Part shown: positions 27,986-42,351 of the stretch, one piece after another
Layout of the letters: each line of letters begins with the position of its first letter
How positions within the stretch are numbered: the first letter of the stretch is position 1
NCBI RefSeq assembly: GCF_009914755.1
Contig: NC_060932.1
Reading direction: 5' to 3' (one strand)
Origin: the human T2T-CHM13v2.0 reference genome, Homo sapiens
DNA length: 64,000 nt
Notes under the pieces: model-generated
The model's database searches: none
The model's input: the letters and a program-made list of their open reading frames with translations, nothing else
What the model was told of the DNA's origin: nothing
Translations under genes and position numbers: made by a program

Positions 27986-29701
27986 TGTATTAGACCTTTA
28001 TTGCATTGCTATAAAGAAATACCTGAGACTAGGTAATTTATAAAGAAAAATGTTTTAATTGGCTCATGGTTCTGCAGGGTATGTGGGAAGCACCATGCTG
28101 GCATCTGCTGGGCTTCTGAGGAGGCCTCAGGGAACTTACAATCATGGCAGAACATGAAGGCAGAGCAGGCTTATCTTATGTGCCCAGAGCAGGAGCAAGG
28201 TGGCCAGGCAGTGATACATACTTTTGAACAACCATATCACATGAAAACTCACTCACTATCATGAGGACAGTACCAAGTGGAAAATCCATTCCCATGATCC
28301 AATCAACCTCCCACCAGGGCCCACCTCCAACATTGAGGATTACAATTCAGCATGAGATGTGGGTAGAGACACAGATCCAAATGATATTCCACCTTTGGCC
28401 CCTTCCAAATCTCATGTCCCTCTCACAGATCCACTAGGCAGTGCTCCATAACACCACAAGGAAGACACCTAGGCTATGGCTTGCACCTCTGAATCAGCAG
28501 CTTGAGCTGTACCTGGGCCCCTTTGAGCCATGGCTGGAGCTGGAGTGGCTAGAATATAGAAAACAGTGTCCCAAGGCTGTGTAGGGCTGCAGGGCCCTGG
28601 GCCTGGCCTACCAAACCATTTTTCCTTCCTTGGACTCTGGGCCTGTGATGTGAGGGGCTGCCGAGAAGGTCTCTGAAATATCTTCCAGGCCTTTACCCTG
28701 TTGTCTTGGTATTAGCACTTGGCTCCTTCTTTTGACTTATGCAAATTTCTGCAGGCTCCTTGAATTCCTCTCCAGAAAATGGGCTTTTATTTTCTATCAC
28801 ATTCCAATCTTTTATGCTCTGCTTCCCTTTTAAATATAAGTTCTAGTTTCAGATCATTTCTTTGCTCATGTGTATGAACACAGGGTGTTAAAAGCAGCAG
28901 GCCATATCTTGAATGCTTTGCTGCTTATAAATTTTTTCTGCCAGATAACCTAAATCACCACTCTCAAGTTCAAAGTTTCACAGATCTCTAGAGCAGGGGG
29001 ACAATGCAGCAAAGCTATTTGCTAAAGCATAACAAAAGTGACTTTTGCTCCACTTCCCAATAAGTTCCTCAACTCCATCTGAGACCACCTCAGCCTGGTC
29101 ATCTCTGCCCACATCACTATCAGCATTTTGGTCACAACCATTCAAGTCTTTAGGAATTCCCAAATTTTCCCTCATCTTCCTGTCTTCTTGTGATCCCTCC
29201 AAACTGTTCCAACCTCTGCCCATTACTCAGTTCCAAAGTTGTTGCTGCATTTTCAGGTATCTTTATAGCAATATTCTACTCCTCAGTACCAATTTTCTAT
29301 ATTAGACCATTCTTCCATTGCTATAAAGAAATACCTGAGACTGGGTAATTTACAAAGAAAAGATGTTTAGTTGGCTCATGGTTCCGCAGGATATACAGGA
29401 TCATTGCTAGCATCTGTTTGGCTTCTGGAGAGGCCTCAGGGAACTTATATTCATGGTCGAAGGCAAAGGGGGAGCAGGCCTATCTTATCTGGCCAGAGCA
29501 GGAGCAAGATAGAGGAGGGGGAGATGCCACACACTTTTATACAACCAGATCTCACAAGAACTTACTTACTGTCATGAGAATAGTACCAAATGGAAAATCC
29601 ACACCCATGATTTAATCACCTTTCACCAGGCCCCACCTCCAACAATGGGGATTATAATTTGACTTGAGATTTGGTTGGGGACACAGATCCAAACCATACC
29701 A
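27986..29701 (-). mobile_element. MSTA-type MaLR provirus with two LTRs (27986-~28386, ~29298-29701) and a shortened ~0.9 kb internal region
   Basis: Two similar LTRs, MaLR-internal sequence, exact 5-bp TSD GTAGG. Confidence 0.92.
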
Positions 29702-29779
29702 GTAGGTGTGTGGATTTATTTCTGGATTCTCTATTATGTTATATTCGTCTATGTGTCTGTTTTTATGCCAGTCCCATAC

Positions 29780-29903
29780 TGATTTGGTTACCATAGTTCT
29801 AAACTATGATTTGTAGTTAGGTATTGTGATTCTTCGAGTTTTGATTTGGTTACCATAGTTCTAAACTATGATTTGTAGTTAGATATTGTGATTCTTCCAG
29901 TTT
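29780..29903 (+). repeat. 62-bp tandem duplication within L1
   Basis: Two adjacent copies with 2 mismatches. Confidence 0.95.
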
Positions 29904-30587
29904 TGTTCATTTTGCTCAGAATAGTTTTGGTTACTCTGGGTGATTTGTGGTTTCATATGTGTTTCAGGATTGATTTTCTATTTCTGCAAAAATTGTTATT
30001 GGTATTTTGATAGGGATTGCATAGAATCTATAGATTGCTTTGTGTAGTATGAACATTTTAACAATACTGATCCTTCTAATCCATGAACATGAGATATCTT
30101 TCCATTTTTTTGTGTGTGTGTCCTCAATTTCCTGCCCAAGTGTTTTATAGATTTTATTGCAGATATCTTTCAGTTCTTTGGTTAATTTTTTGTATTTAAT
30201 TTTATTTGTGGGTATTGTAAATAGGATTACTCTTTTGATTTCTTTTTCATATTGTTAACTATTGTCATACAAATATGCTTCTGATTTTTGTATGTTGATA
30301 TTCTATCCTGAAACTTTACTGAAAGTGTTTATGAGTTTTAATAATTTTTTGTTGAAGTCTTTAGGTTTTTTCAAATACAAGATCATATCGTCAGCAAACA
30401 AGGACAATTTGACTCATTCTTTTTTAATTTGGATGCCCTTTATTTCTTTCTCTTGTCTGATTGCTCTAGCTAGGACTTCCAGAACTATGCTGAATAATAG
30501 TGGAGAAAATGGGCAAGCTGGTCGTGTTCCAGATCTTAGAGGAAGGGCTTTCAGATTTCCCCTGTTCAGTATAATACTACTGTGTGA

Positions 30588-30932
<345 letters not shown>

Positions 30933-33900
30933 CTATTGATGAATTTTGCATCAATATTCATTAAAAACATTGGCCTGTAATTTTCTTTTTTTGATGTGTC
31001 ATTGTCTGGTTTTGGTATCAGGATAATACTGGGCTTGGAGAATGAGTTTGGAAATATTCTGTCCTCTATTTTTTGGAATAGTTTGAGTAGGCTTGATATT
31101 AGTTTTTCTTTAAATGTTTTCTTTAATGAAAGACTTTTTATTATGGCTTTGATCTTGTTAGTTGTTATTGATCTGTTCAAGTTTTGGATTTCTTCCTGGT
31201 TCAATCTTGGTAGGTCGTATGTGTCTAGGAATTTATCAGTTTCCTCTAGATTTTCTAATTTGTTGGCATATATTTGCTCATAGTAGACAGTAATAATCTG
31301 TTTAATTTCTGTAGTACCAGTTTTAATGTCTCCTTTTTCATCTGTGCTTTAAATATTTGGGTCTTCTCTCTTTTTTCTTAGTCTGTCTAAAGGTCTTTCA
31401 ATTTTATCTTATCAAAAACCAACTTTTAATTTCATTGACCTTTTGTATTGTTTTATTTATTTCAAATTTATTTATTTATGCTCTGATCTTTACTATTTTC
31501 CTTTTACTAATTTTGAATTTGATTTCCTTTTGCTTTCCTAGTTCTTCAAGATACATCATTACTTTATTTGTTTGGAGATTTTCTTTTTTTTTGATGTATG
31601 AAGTTATAGCTATAAACTTCCCTTTTATTACTGATTTCACTGTATGCTATTGGTTTTGGTATATTGTGTTTCCATTACCATCTATTTCAAGAAATATTTC
31701 AATTGTCTTCTTAATTTGTTCATTGACCCACTGGTGATTCAGGAGCATATTGTTTAATTTCCATATGTTCATATATTTTCCAAAATTCCTATTATTGGTT
31801 TCTAGTTTTATTGCTTTCTGTTTAGAGAATATGTTTGATATTGTTTCAATTTTCTTTGAATGTTTTAAGACTTGTTTTTGTGGCCTATCATATGGTCTGT
31901 TCTTCGGAACGATCCATGTGCTGAAGAATATATATTTTGCACATTCTTTGAATAAAGAATGATGCTTGAATAAAGTGATCTGTAAATATCCATTGGGGCC
32001 ATTTGTTTTATAATGCAGATAATGTCTAGTGTTTCTTTGCTGATTTTCGGTCTGGAAGATCTGTCCGTGGGTGCTTCAGTGTTGCATGCATATATATTTA
32101 CAATTGCTATGTGCTTTGGCTGAATTCACTCCTTCATCATTATATAATGACTTTCTTTTTCTCTTCTTAGTTTTTGTCTAGAAATCTGATTTGTATGATA
32201 TAAGTATAGCTACTCCTGCTCTTCTTTTTTCAATTGGCATAAAATATATTTTTCCATCTATTTTCAATCTATGTGAATCTTTAGAGATGAATTCTGTTTC
32301 TTATAGGCAACAGGTCATTAAGGTTTGCTTTTTAAAAAATCTATTCAGTCACTCTATGTATCTTGATTGGATAGATTAGACCATTTACATTCAATGTTTT
32401 TGTTGATAAGTGAGGACTTATTTCTGCATTTTGTTATTTGTTTTTGGGTTATTTTGTGGTCTTCCTTCTTTCCTTTCTTCCTTTTAGGGATGGTGATTTT
32501 TTCTGGTGGTAAGATTTAATTTCTTGCTTTTTATTTTGGTGTGTGTTATATGTTTTTCAATTTGAGGTTACCATGACACTTGCAGGTACTGTCTTATAAC
32601 CTATTATCTTAAAGTCATGACAACTAAACACTGATTTCATAAACAAACATATAAAAAGAAAAGTAATAAAAACAGTACATATTAACTTCATTCCCACACT
32701 TTTTAACTTTTGGTTATTTCTCTTTATGTCTCATTGTACTATCTATGAACTGGAAAGTTGTCATAGTTGATATTTATACTTGGTTCATCTTTCAGTCTTC
32801 CTGCTTAACAGTATTTTACACACTATGATTGGTGTATAATATTCTGTGTATGCTATTACCAGTGAATTTTGTACCTCCGTATGATTTCTTAATGCCCATT
32901 AATGCTGTTTTCTTTCAGACTGAAGAACTCCCTCTACCATTTTCCTTTTTTGTTTTAAGACAGATCTGGTGGTAATCAAATCTCTCAGCTTTTGTTATCT
33001 GGGAAGGCCTCTATTTCTCCTCATGTTTAAAAAATTTTTCATCAGACTATTCTAGGCTAAAAGTTTTTGCTTTTAGCACTTTAAATATGTCATGCCACTC
33101 CTGGACTTAAAGTTTTCACTGAAAAGTTCACTACCAGATGTATTGGAGCTCCGTTGTATGTTATTTGTTCCTTTTGCTGCTAAGATTTTTTTTTAACCCT
33201 TGACCTTTGGGAGTTTGTTTTTTAAATGCCTTGAGGTAGTCTCCTTTGGGTTAAATCTGCTTAGTGTTCTATAACCTTTTTGTACTTGGATATTGATATC
33301 TTCCTCTAGTTTTAGGAAGTTTTCTATTATTATCCCTTTGAATAGACTTTCTATACCTTTTTCTTTCTCTACCTCCCCGTTAAAAAGAATAACTCTTAGA
33401 TTTGTCCTTTTGAGGATATTTTCCAGATCCTATAGGTGTGTTTTATTCTTTTCTATTCTTTTTTTTTAATTTCCTCTGACTGTATTTTCCAGTAGCCTAT
33501 CTTCAGTTTCACTTATTCTCTCTTTTGCTTGATCAGTTCTGCTATTAAGAGTCTCTGATGCATTCTCTAGTATGTCAATTGCATTTTTCAACTCTGCAAT
33601 TTCTGCTTGATTTTATTTAATAATTTCAATCTCTTTGTTAAATTTATCTGATAGAATTCTGAATTCCTTCTCTGTGTTATTTTGTGTGTCTTCTTTTGAA
33701 AAGTGTCTGTTCATGTCCTTTGCCCACTTTTTAATGGGATTGTTAGTTTTCCTTTGTAAATTTGTTTAAGTTCCCTATAGATGCTGGATATTAGATCTTT
33801 GTGAGACAGATAGATTGCAAAAATTTTCTCCCATTCTGTGGGTTGTTTACTCTGTTGATAGTTTCTTTGGCTGTGCAGGAGCTCTTTTTAGATCCCGTTT

Positions 33901-34076
33901 GTCATTTTTTAATTTTGTCACAACTGATTTTGACATCTTTGTCATGAAATCTTTGCCCTTGCCTATGTACTGAATTGAATTGCGTAGGTTTTCCTCTAGA
34001 GTTGTTGTAGTTTTGGGTTGCACATTTAAGTCTTTAATACATCTTCGGTCAATTTTTGTATATGATGTAAGGAAGG

Positions 34077-36802
34077 TGTTATGGTTTGGCTCTGTGTCCC
34101 CACCCAAATCTCATCTCAAATTGTAATTCCTATGTATCAGGAAAGGGCTTAGTGGGAGGTGACTGAATCATGGGGGCAAATTTTTCCTTTACTGTTTTCA
34201 TGATAGTGAATACGTTCTCATGAGTTCTGGTTGTTAGAAAGTGTGTGGGACTTCTCCCTTTGTGCTGTCTCTCCTGTCACTATGTCAAGAAGGTCCTCGT
34301 TTCCCCTTCTTTTCATGCCATCATTATAATTTTCCTGAGGCCTCCCAGTCATGCTTCCTGTTAAGCCTTTGGAACTTTGAGTCAATTAAATCTCTTTTCT
34401 TTATAAATTACTCAGTTTCAGGTAGTCTTTCCTTCCTTCCTTCCTCCCTCCCTCCTTCCCTCCCTCTCTCTCTCTCTCTTTCTTTCTTTCTTCTTCTTTT
34501 TTTTTTTTTTTTTTAACAGAATCTCGTTCTGTCACCAGGCTGGAGTTCAGCGATGCGATCTCGGCTCACTGCAACCTCCAACTCCTGAGTTCAAGAGATT
34601 CTCCTTCTTCAGCCTCCTGAGTAGCTGGGATTACAGACATGGACCACCACATCTGGCTAATTTTTGTAGTTTTAGTAGAGACGGGGTTTTGCCATGTTGG
34701 CCAGGCCAGTTTCAAACTCCTGACCTCAAGTGATTCACCCACCTTGGCCTCCCAAAGTGCTGCAATTTAAGGCATGAGCCACTGCACCTGGCCCAGGTAG
34801 TTCTTTATAGCAGTGTGAAAATAAACTAATACAGAAATATGGTACAAGGAAAGTGGGACATTGGAATAAAGATAACTGAAAATGTGGAAGTGACTTTGGA
34901 ACTTGGTAATGGGCAGAAGTTGGAAAAGTTCGGAGGGCTTGGAAGAAGACAGGAAGGTGTGGAAACTCTTTAGAGACTTGTTGAATTGTTTTGACCAAAA
35001 TGCTGACGGTGATATGGACAATGTAGTCCAGGCTGAGGTAGCCTCTGATGGAGATGAGGAACTTCTTTGGAACTGGCGTAAATGTTATTTTAGTTTTGTT
35101 TTAGCAAAGAGACAGGCAGCATTTTACTCCTACCTTAGAGATTTGTGGAACTTTGAACTTGAGAGAGATAATTTAGGGTATCTGGCAGAAGAAATTTCTA
35201 AGCAGAAAAGCACTCAAGATGCGACCTGGCTGTTTCTAAAAGTGTACACTTATATGCATAAAAAAAGATGGTCTAAAATTGGAAATTATATTTAAAAAGG
35301 AAGTAGAACATAAAAGTTTTGAAAATATGCATCCTGACCATGTGGTAGGAAGGAAAACCCATTTTCTGGGGAGAAATTCAAGCTGGCTGCAGAAATTGGT
35401 GTAAGTAAAGTGGAGCCTAATGTTAATAGCCAAGACAACCAGGAAAATGTCTCCAGGTCATGTCAGAGACATTCATGGCAGCCCCTCTCATCACAAGACC
35501 AGAGGGCTAGGAGGAAAAAATGGTTTCATGTGCCAGGCCCGGGGCCTCACTGCTCTGTGCAGCCTTGGGACATGGTGCCCTGCATCCCAGCCACTCCAGC
35601 TCTAGCCATGGCTAAAAGTGGCCAAGGTACAGCTCCAGCTGTTGCTTCAGAGGGTGCGAGCCCCAAGCCTTGGTGGCTTCCATGTGGTTTTGGGCCTGCA
35701 GGTTGCACCAAGGGCAAGAGTTGAGGCTTGGAAACCTTGGTTTCAGAGGATGTATGGAACCTCGTAGATATCCAGGCAGAAGTCTGCTGCAGGGGCAGAG
35801 CCCTAATGGAGAACCTCTACTAGTGCAGTACGGAGGGAATAGGTGGGATTTGAGCCCTCACACAGAGTCCCCACTGGGGTACTGTCTAGTGGAGCTAGGA
35901 GAAGAGGAACCACCATCTTCCAGGCCCCAGAATGGTAGATCTACTAACAGCTTACACCCTGCGCCTGTAATAGCTACAGACACTTAATGTCCACCTGTTA
36001 ATATAGCTGTGGGGGCTGTACCCTTCAAAGCCACAGGAGTATAGCTACCCAAAGCCTTGGGGCCCACCTCTAGCATCAGTGTGCCCTGGATGTGAGCCAT
36101 GGAGTCAAAGGAGATAAAATGAGATTATTTTGGAGCTTTAAGATTTAATGACTGTCCTGCTGGGCTTCAAACTTGCATAGGAACTGTGGCCCCTTTATTT
36201 TGGCCAATTTCTCTTATTTGGAATGAGACCCTTTACCCAATACCCAATGCTTATACCCTAATTGTGTCTTGGAAACAACTAACTTGCTTTTGATTTTATA
36301 GGCTCATAGGCAGAAGGGTCTGGCCTTGTCTCAGATAAAACTTCGGGGGACTGTGTTAAGGCATCATTATGTTTTGAAATTTGAGAAGCACATGAGATCT
36401 GGGAGGGGCCTGGGGCAGAATTATATGATTTGACTCCGTGCCCCCACCCAAATCTCATCTCAAATTGTAATCCACTTGTGTTGGGGGAGGGGCCTGGTGG
36501 AAGGTGATTGGGTCATGGGGGTGGACTTCCTTCTTGCTGTTTTCATGATAGTGAGTATGTTCTCATGAGATCTGGTTGTTCAAAATTGTGTGGCACTTCC
36601 CCCTTTCATCTCCCTCTCTCCTGCCACCATGTGAAGAAGGTCCTCACTTCCCCTTTGCCTTCTGTGTGATTGTAAGCTTCCTGAGGCTTCTTAGTCATGC
36701 TTCCTGTTAAGCATGGAATTATGAGTCAATTAAACCTCTTTTCTTTATAAATTACTATCTCTCACGTAGTTCTTTACAGAAGTGTGAAAACAGACTAATA
36801 CA
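34077..36802 (+). mobile_element. THE1D/MSTA-type MaLR provirus, apparently full length (5' LTR 34077-34833, internal 34834-36420, 3' LTR 36421-36802)
   Basis: Paired LTRs ending TAATACA; exact TSD GAAGG; ORF 34903..35295 is a MaLR internal remnant. Confidence 0.93.
34428..34793 (-). mobile_element. AluS in the 5' LTR, with its tail expanded into a TTCC/CT/TTTC microsatellite
   Basis: TSD CAGGTAGT(T)CTTT at 34419 and 34794. Confidence 0.93.
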
Positions 36803-39800
36803 GAAGGCGTCTAGTTTCAATTTTCTGCATATGGCTTCACAGTTATCCCAGCACCATTTATTAAATAGGGAATTTTTTCCCCATTGCTTGTTTTCATCAG
36901 GTTTGTCAGAGATCAGATGGTTGTAGGTGTGCAGTCCTATTTCTGCGTCCTCTATTCTGTTCTATTGGTCTATGTGTCCTTGTAACAGTATCGTGCTGTT
37001 TTGGTTACTGTAGCCCTATAGTATAGTTTAAAGTCAGGTAGCATGATGCTTCCAGTTTTATTCTTTCTGTTTAGGATTTCCTTGGCTATGCAGGCTCTTT
37101 TTTGGTTCCACATGAATTTTAAAGTAGTTCTTTCTAAGTCTGTGAAGAATGTCAGTGGTAGTTTAATGGGAATAGCATTGAACACATAAATTGCTTTGGG
37201 CTGTATGGTCATTTTTAACATATTGATTATTCTCTAACCATGAGCATGGAATGTTTTTTTCATTTTTTTGTGTGTCATCTGTGATATTTTTGAGTAGTGG
37301 TTTGTAATTCTTGAAGAGGCCCTTCGCTTTTCTTGTTAGTTGTATTCCTAAGTATTTTATTCATTTTGTGGCAACGTGAATGGGAGTTCATTCATGATTT
37401 GGCTGTCAGCTTGCCTATTCTTGGTGTATAGGAATACTAGCAATTTTTTCACATTGATTTTGTATACTGAGACTTTGATGAAGTTGCTTATTAGCTTAAG
37501 AAGCCTTTGGGCTGAGAAGATGGAGTTTTCTAGATATAGGATCATGTCAGCTGCAAACAGGGATAGTTTGATTTCCCCTCCTCCTATTTAAATGCCTTTT
37601 ATTTTTTTCTCTTGCCTGATTGCTGTGGCTGGAACTTTCAATACTATGTTGAATAGGTGTGATGACAGAGGGAAACCTTGTTTTGTGCTGGCTTTCAAGG
37701 AGAATGCTTCTAGCTTTTGCTCATTCAGTATGATATTAGCTGTTAGTTTGTCATATATGGCTCATTTTGTTTTGAGGCATGTTTCTTGAGTACCTAGTTT
37801 ATTGACAGTTTTTAACATAAAGGGATTTTGAATTATATCAAAAGCCTTTTCTGAATCTATTGAGATAATCATATAGTTTTTGTCTTTATTTCTGTTTATG
37901 TGATGAGTAATGTTTATTGATTTGCATATTTTGAGCCAGACTTGAGTCCCGGGGATGAAGCCTACTTGAAGCTTTTTAATGTGTTGGTGGATTCGGTTTG
38001 CTAGTATTTTGTTGAGGATTTTCGCATCCATGTTAAACAAGGATATTGGCCTGTAGTTTCCTTTTTTGTTGTATCTCTGCCAGGTTTTGTTATCAGGATG
38101 GTGCTGGCCTTATAGGATGAGTTAGAGATGAGTCCCACCTTTTCAGTTTTTTGAAATAGTTTCAGTATGAATGGTACCAGTTTTTCTTTGTACCTCTGGT
38201 AGAATGTAGCTGGGAATCAGTCTGGTCCTGGGTATTTTTTGCTCGGTAGGCTATTTATTAGTGCTTCAATTTCAGAACTCATTATTGGTCTATTCAGGGA
38301 TTCAATTTCTTTGTGGTTCAGTCTTGGGAAGGCGTATATGTTCAGGAGTTTATCCATTTCTTTTAGATTTTCTAGTTTATCGTGTATAGAGGTTTTTATA
38401 TTGTTCTCTGATGATTGCTTGTATTTCTATGGTGTCAATGGCAATATCTCCCTCATCATTTCTGATTGTCTTTATTTGAATCTTCTTTCTTTTTTACTTT
38501 ATTAGCCTAGCTAGCAGTCAATAAAAAAATCAGCTCCTAGATTCATTGATTTCTTTGAAGGGTTTTTCATTTCTCTATCTCTTAAGTCCTGCTCTGTTCT
38601 TGGTTATTTCTTATGATCTGCTAGCTTGGGGTTTGTTTGCTCTTGGTTCTCTAGTTTTTTGTTATGATGCTAGGTTGTTAACTTGAGATCTTTCTAGCTT
38701 TTGGATATGGACATTTAGTGCTATATGTATATTTCTCTTAACACTGCTTTAGTGGTATCCCAGAGGTGCTGGCACATTGTCTCTTTTTTTTTCTTATTAA
38801 TTTCAAATAACTTCTTGATTTCTATCTTAATTTTATTATTTATCCAAAAGTTATTCAGGAGCAGGTTGTTCAATTTCCATGTAGCTGTATGGTTTTGAAT
38901 GAATGTCTTAATCTTGAGTTCTAATTTGATTGCACTGTGGTCTGAAAGACTGTTATGATTTCAGTTCTTTCGCATTTGGGGGAGTGTTTTACTTCCAATT
39001 ATGTGATCAATTTTAGAGTAAGTGCCACGTGGCAATGAAAAGAATATATATTCTATTGTTCTTGAGTGGAGACTTCTGTAGATATCTATCAGGTCTACCT
39101 GATCCAGAGATGAATTCAGGTTTTACATATCTTTGTTAATTTTCTGTCTCATTGATCTGTCTAATAATGTCACTGGGGTGTTAAAGCCTCCCACTTATTA
39201 TTGTGTGGGAGTCTAAGTCTCTTTGAATGTTTCTAATAACTTGCTTTATGAATCTGGGTGCTCCTGTATTGGGTGCATATATATTTAGGATAGTTAGCTC
39301 TTTTTGTTGAATTGAACCGTTTACCATTGTGTAATACCCTTCTTTGTCTTTTTTGATTTTTGTTGGTTTAAAATCTGTCTTTTCAGAAACGAGGATTGCA
39401 ACCCCTGTTTTTTTCTATTTTCCTTTTGCTTGGTAATTTTTCTTCCATCTCTTTATTTTGAGCCTATGTGGTCTTTGTATGTGAGATGGGTCTTTTGAAG
39501 ACAGCATACTGGTGGGTCTTGATTCTTTATCTAGCTTGCCATTCTGTGTCTTTTAATTGGGGTATTTAGTCTATTTACATTTAAGGTTAGTATTATTATG
39601 TGTGGATTTGATCTTGTCATTATGATGCTAGCTGGTTATTTTGCAAACTTGTTTATGTTTTGTTTTTCCTTTGCTTTTTACATTTTATGTATAGTTATGC
39701 TTTGATTCTTATTTTTTTCTACTAATTTTTTTTCTTTTCTAGTTCCTTGAGGTGCATTGTTAGGGTTGTTTATTTGAAATCATTCTACTTTTTTGCTATA

Positions 39801-40476
39801 GGTGTTAATTCCTATAAAATTCCCTGTAGGCACTGCTTTTGCTGTATCTCATAGGATTTAGTATGTTGTATTTTCATTTTTGTTCATTGCAAAAAATTCT
39901 TTTATTCCCTTCTTAATTTCTTCATTAATCAAATGGTTATTTAGGAGCATGCTGTTAAATTTCCATGTATTTGCAGGTTTTCAAAATTTATCTTGTTATT
40001 AACTTCTAGTTTTATTCTATTGCAGTCCTAGAAAATACTTAATATAATTTAGTTTTAAAAAATTTATTAAGACTTGTTTTGTGGCCTAACATATGGTCTA
40101 TCCTGTTGAATGTTCCATATGCTGGTGAGAAGAATGTGTATTCTTCAACTGTTGGATGAAATGTTCTGTAAATATCTGTTAGATCTACTTGGTCTAAAGT
40201 GCAGTTTAAATCCAGTGTCTCTTTGTTGATTTTTTTTTTTTTTTTGGTCTAGGTGATCTGCCCTATGCTAAGAGTGAGGTGTTGAGGTCCTCAACTATTA
40301 TTGTATTGGTGGCAATTTATCTCTTTAGATCTAATAATATTTTCTATATATATCTGGGTGCCCTCTTGTTGGGTACATTTATATTTAGAATTGTTATATC
40401 CTTTTGCTAAATTGATTCCTTTAACATTATATAATATCCTTTTTTTGTTTCTTTTTACAGCTTTTGAATTGAATAA

Positions 40477-40760
40477 TTTTTTTTTTTTTTTTTGAGACAA
40501 AATCTCCCTCTGTCGCCCAGGCTGGAGTACAGTGGTGCGATCTTAGCTCACTGCAACCTCTGCCTCCCGGGTTCAAGCGATTCTTCTGAGTAGCTGGGAT
40601 TACAGGCATGCGCCACCACCCCTGGCTAATTTTTGTATTTTTAGTAGAGATGGGATTTCACCATGTTGGTCAGTCTGGTCTCAAACTCCTGACCTCGTCA
40701 TCTGCCCGCCTTGGCCTCCCAAATTGTTGGGATTAGAGGCATGAGCCACTGTGCCCAGCC
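40477..40760 (-). mobile_element. AluS with a ~13-bp internal deletion
   Basis: gattcttctgagtagct lacks cctgcctcagcct. Confidence 0.95.
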
Positions 40761-41799
40761 AGTCTGTTTTATCTGATATAAATATAGCTACTCCTGCTCA
40801 CCTTTTGTTGCTATTTTCATGAAATCTTTTTATATCTTTTCACTTTCAGATTATATGTGTCTTTAGAGGTAAGTGAGTTTCTTATAGGCTTCATATAATT
40901 GTCATTTTTTTTAAAATTCATGCAGCTAGTCTCTGTCTTTTAAGTGGGAAATTTAGTACACTTACATTCAAGGTTATTGATAAATGAGGATTTACTCCCA
41001 TCGTTTTGTTATTTGTTTTCTGATTGTTTTATATATCCTGTAATTTTTTCTTCCCTTTTTATTGTTTATCATTGTGGTTTGGTGGATTTATATAGTGGTA
41101 ACATTTGATTCATTCCTCTTTCTCACTTGTGTGTCTGTTTTACCGGTGGGTTTTATGCTTTTGTGTGTTTTCATAATTGTAAATATTATCTTTTTCTCCA
41201 CATGCAAAATTCACTTAAGTATTTCTTTAGGGTTGGTTGATTGGTGATGAATTCCTTCAGTTTTTGGTTGTCTGAGAAAGACTTTATGTCTTCTTCATTT
41301 TTGAAGGTAAGCTTTGCAGTGTATTGTATTCTTGGCTAGCATTTTTTTTTTCTTCTCAGTTCTTTGAATACATTATCCCATTCTCACCTGGCCTGTAAAA
41401 TTTCTGCTGAGAAATCTGCTGTTAGTTTGATGAGGATTCCCTTATGTATGACTTGACATTATCTCTTTTATAATAATTGCTGTTTTTATAATTCTCCCTT
41501 TGTTTGACTTTTGAAAATTTGATTCTAATATACCTTGGAGAAGATCTTTTTGTGTTAAATCAATTTGGAAATTTTTAAGTTTCCCCTATCTGAATGTCTA
41601 TATGTGTTACATGACTTGGGAAGTTTTCTGCTATTATTTTGTTTAAACGATTTTATATGTTTTGCCCATTCATCTCTTCTCCTTCTAGAACACCTAGTTC
41701 AAACATTTGGTTACTTTATGATGTCCCCTATGTCACGTAAGATTTATTTATTGTTTTTTATTGCTTTGTTATTTTCCTCTTTATCTAACTGGGTAGTTT

Positions 41800-42351
41800 T
41801 ATTTTACTTTATTTTTTATCCATCCCCTCAAACATTTATCATTTGAGTTTAATAATTCAATTACATTCTTTAAGTTACTTAAAAATATACAAGTAATTTA
41901 TTACTAACTACAGTCACCCTATTGTGCTATCAAATAGGAAGTCTTATTCACTATTTTTTTTTTGTACTCATTCATTGTCTCCACCTTCCTCCCACCCCCG
42001 CTTCCCAGTTTCTGGTAACAATCCTTATACTCTCTATATTCATGAGTTCAATTGATTTGATCTTTAGATTCCACGAATAAGTGAGAACATGTGATGCTTG
42101 TCTTTCTGTGACTGGCTTATTTCACTTAATGTAATGATCTCTGTTCCATCCATATTGTTGCAAATGACTGGATCTCATTCTTTTTATGGCCAAATAGTTA
42201 TCCAGTGTATATATGCACCACATTTTCTTTATGCATTCATCTGTTGATGGACACTTAGGTTGCCCCAAACTTTAGCTATTGGAAACAGTGCTGCGACAAA
42301 CATAGGAGTGCAGATATCTCTTTGATATACTGATTTCCTTTCTTTTGAGCA
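41800..42351 (-). mobile_element. L1MA2/3-type 3' fragment
   Basis: TSD taactgggtagttt (41786) / taattgggtaattt (42352). Confidence 0.85.

Larger units (their letters stand above)
33686..39660 (-). mobile_element. Older L1PA/PB ORF2 fragment interrupted by a MaLR provirus
   Basis: gtgtctgttcatgtcctttgcccac; decayed ORF2 peptides at 36970..37221, 37357..37545 and 37762..38040. Confidence 0.9.

Noticed and set aside
34903-35987. ORFs of 104-130 aa in the MaLR internal region
   Set aside because: Frameshifted remnants of the MaLR internal ORF, with no sign of a domesticated intact gene.
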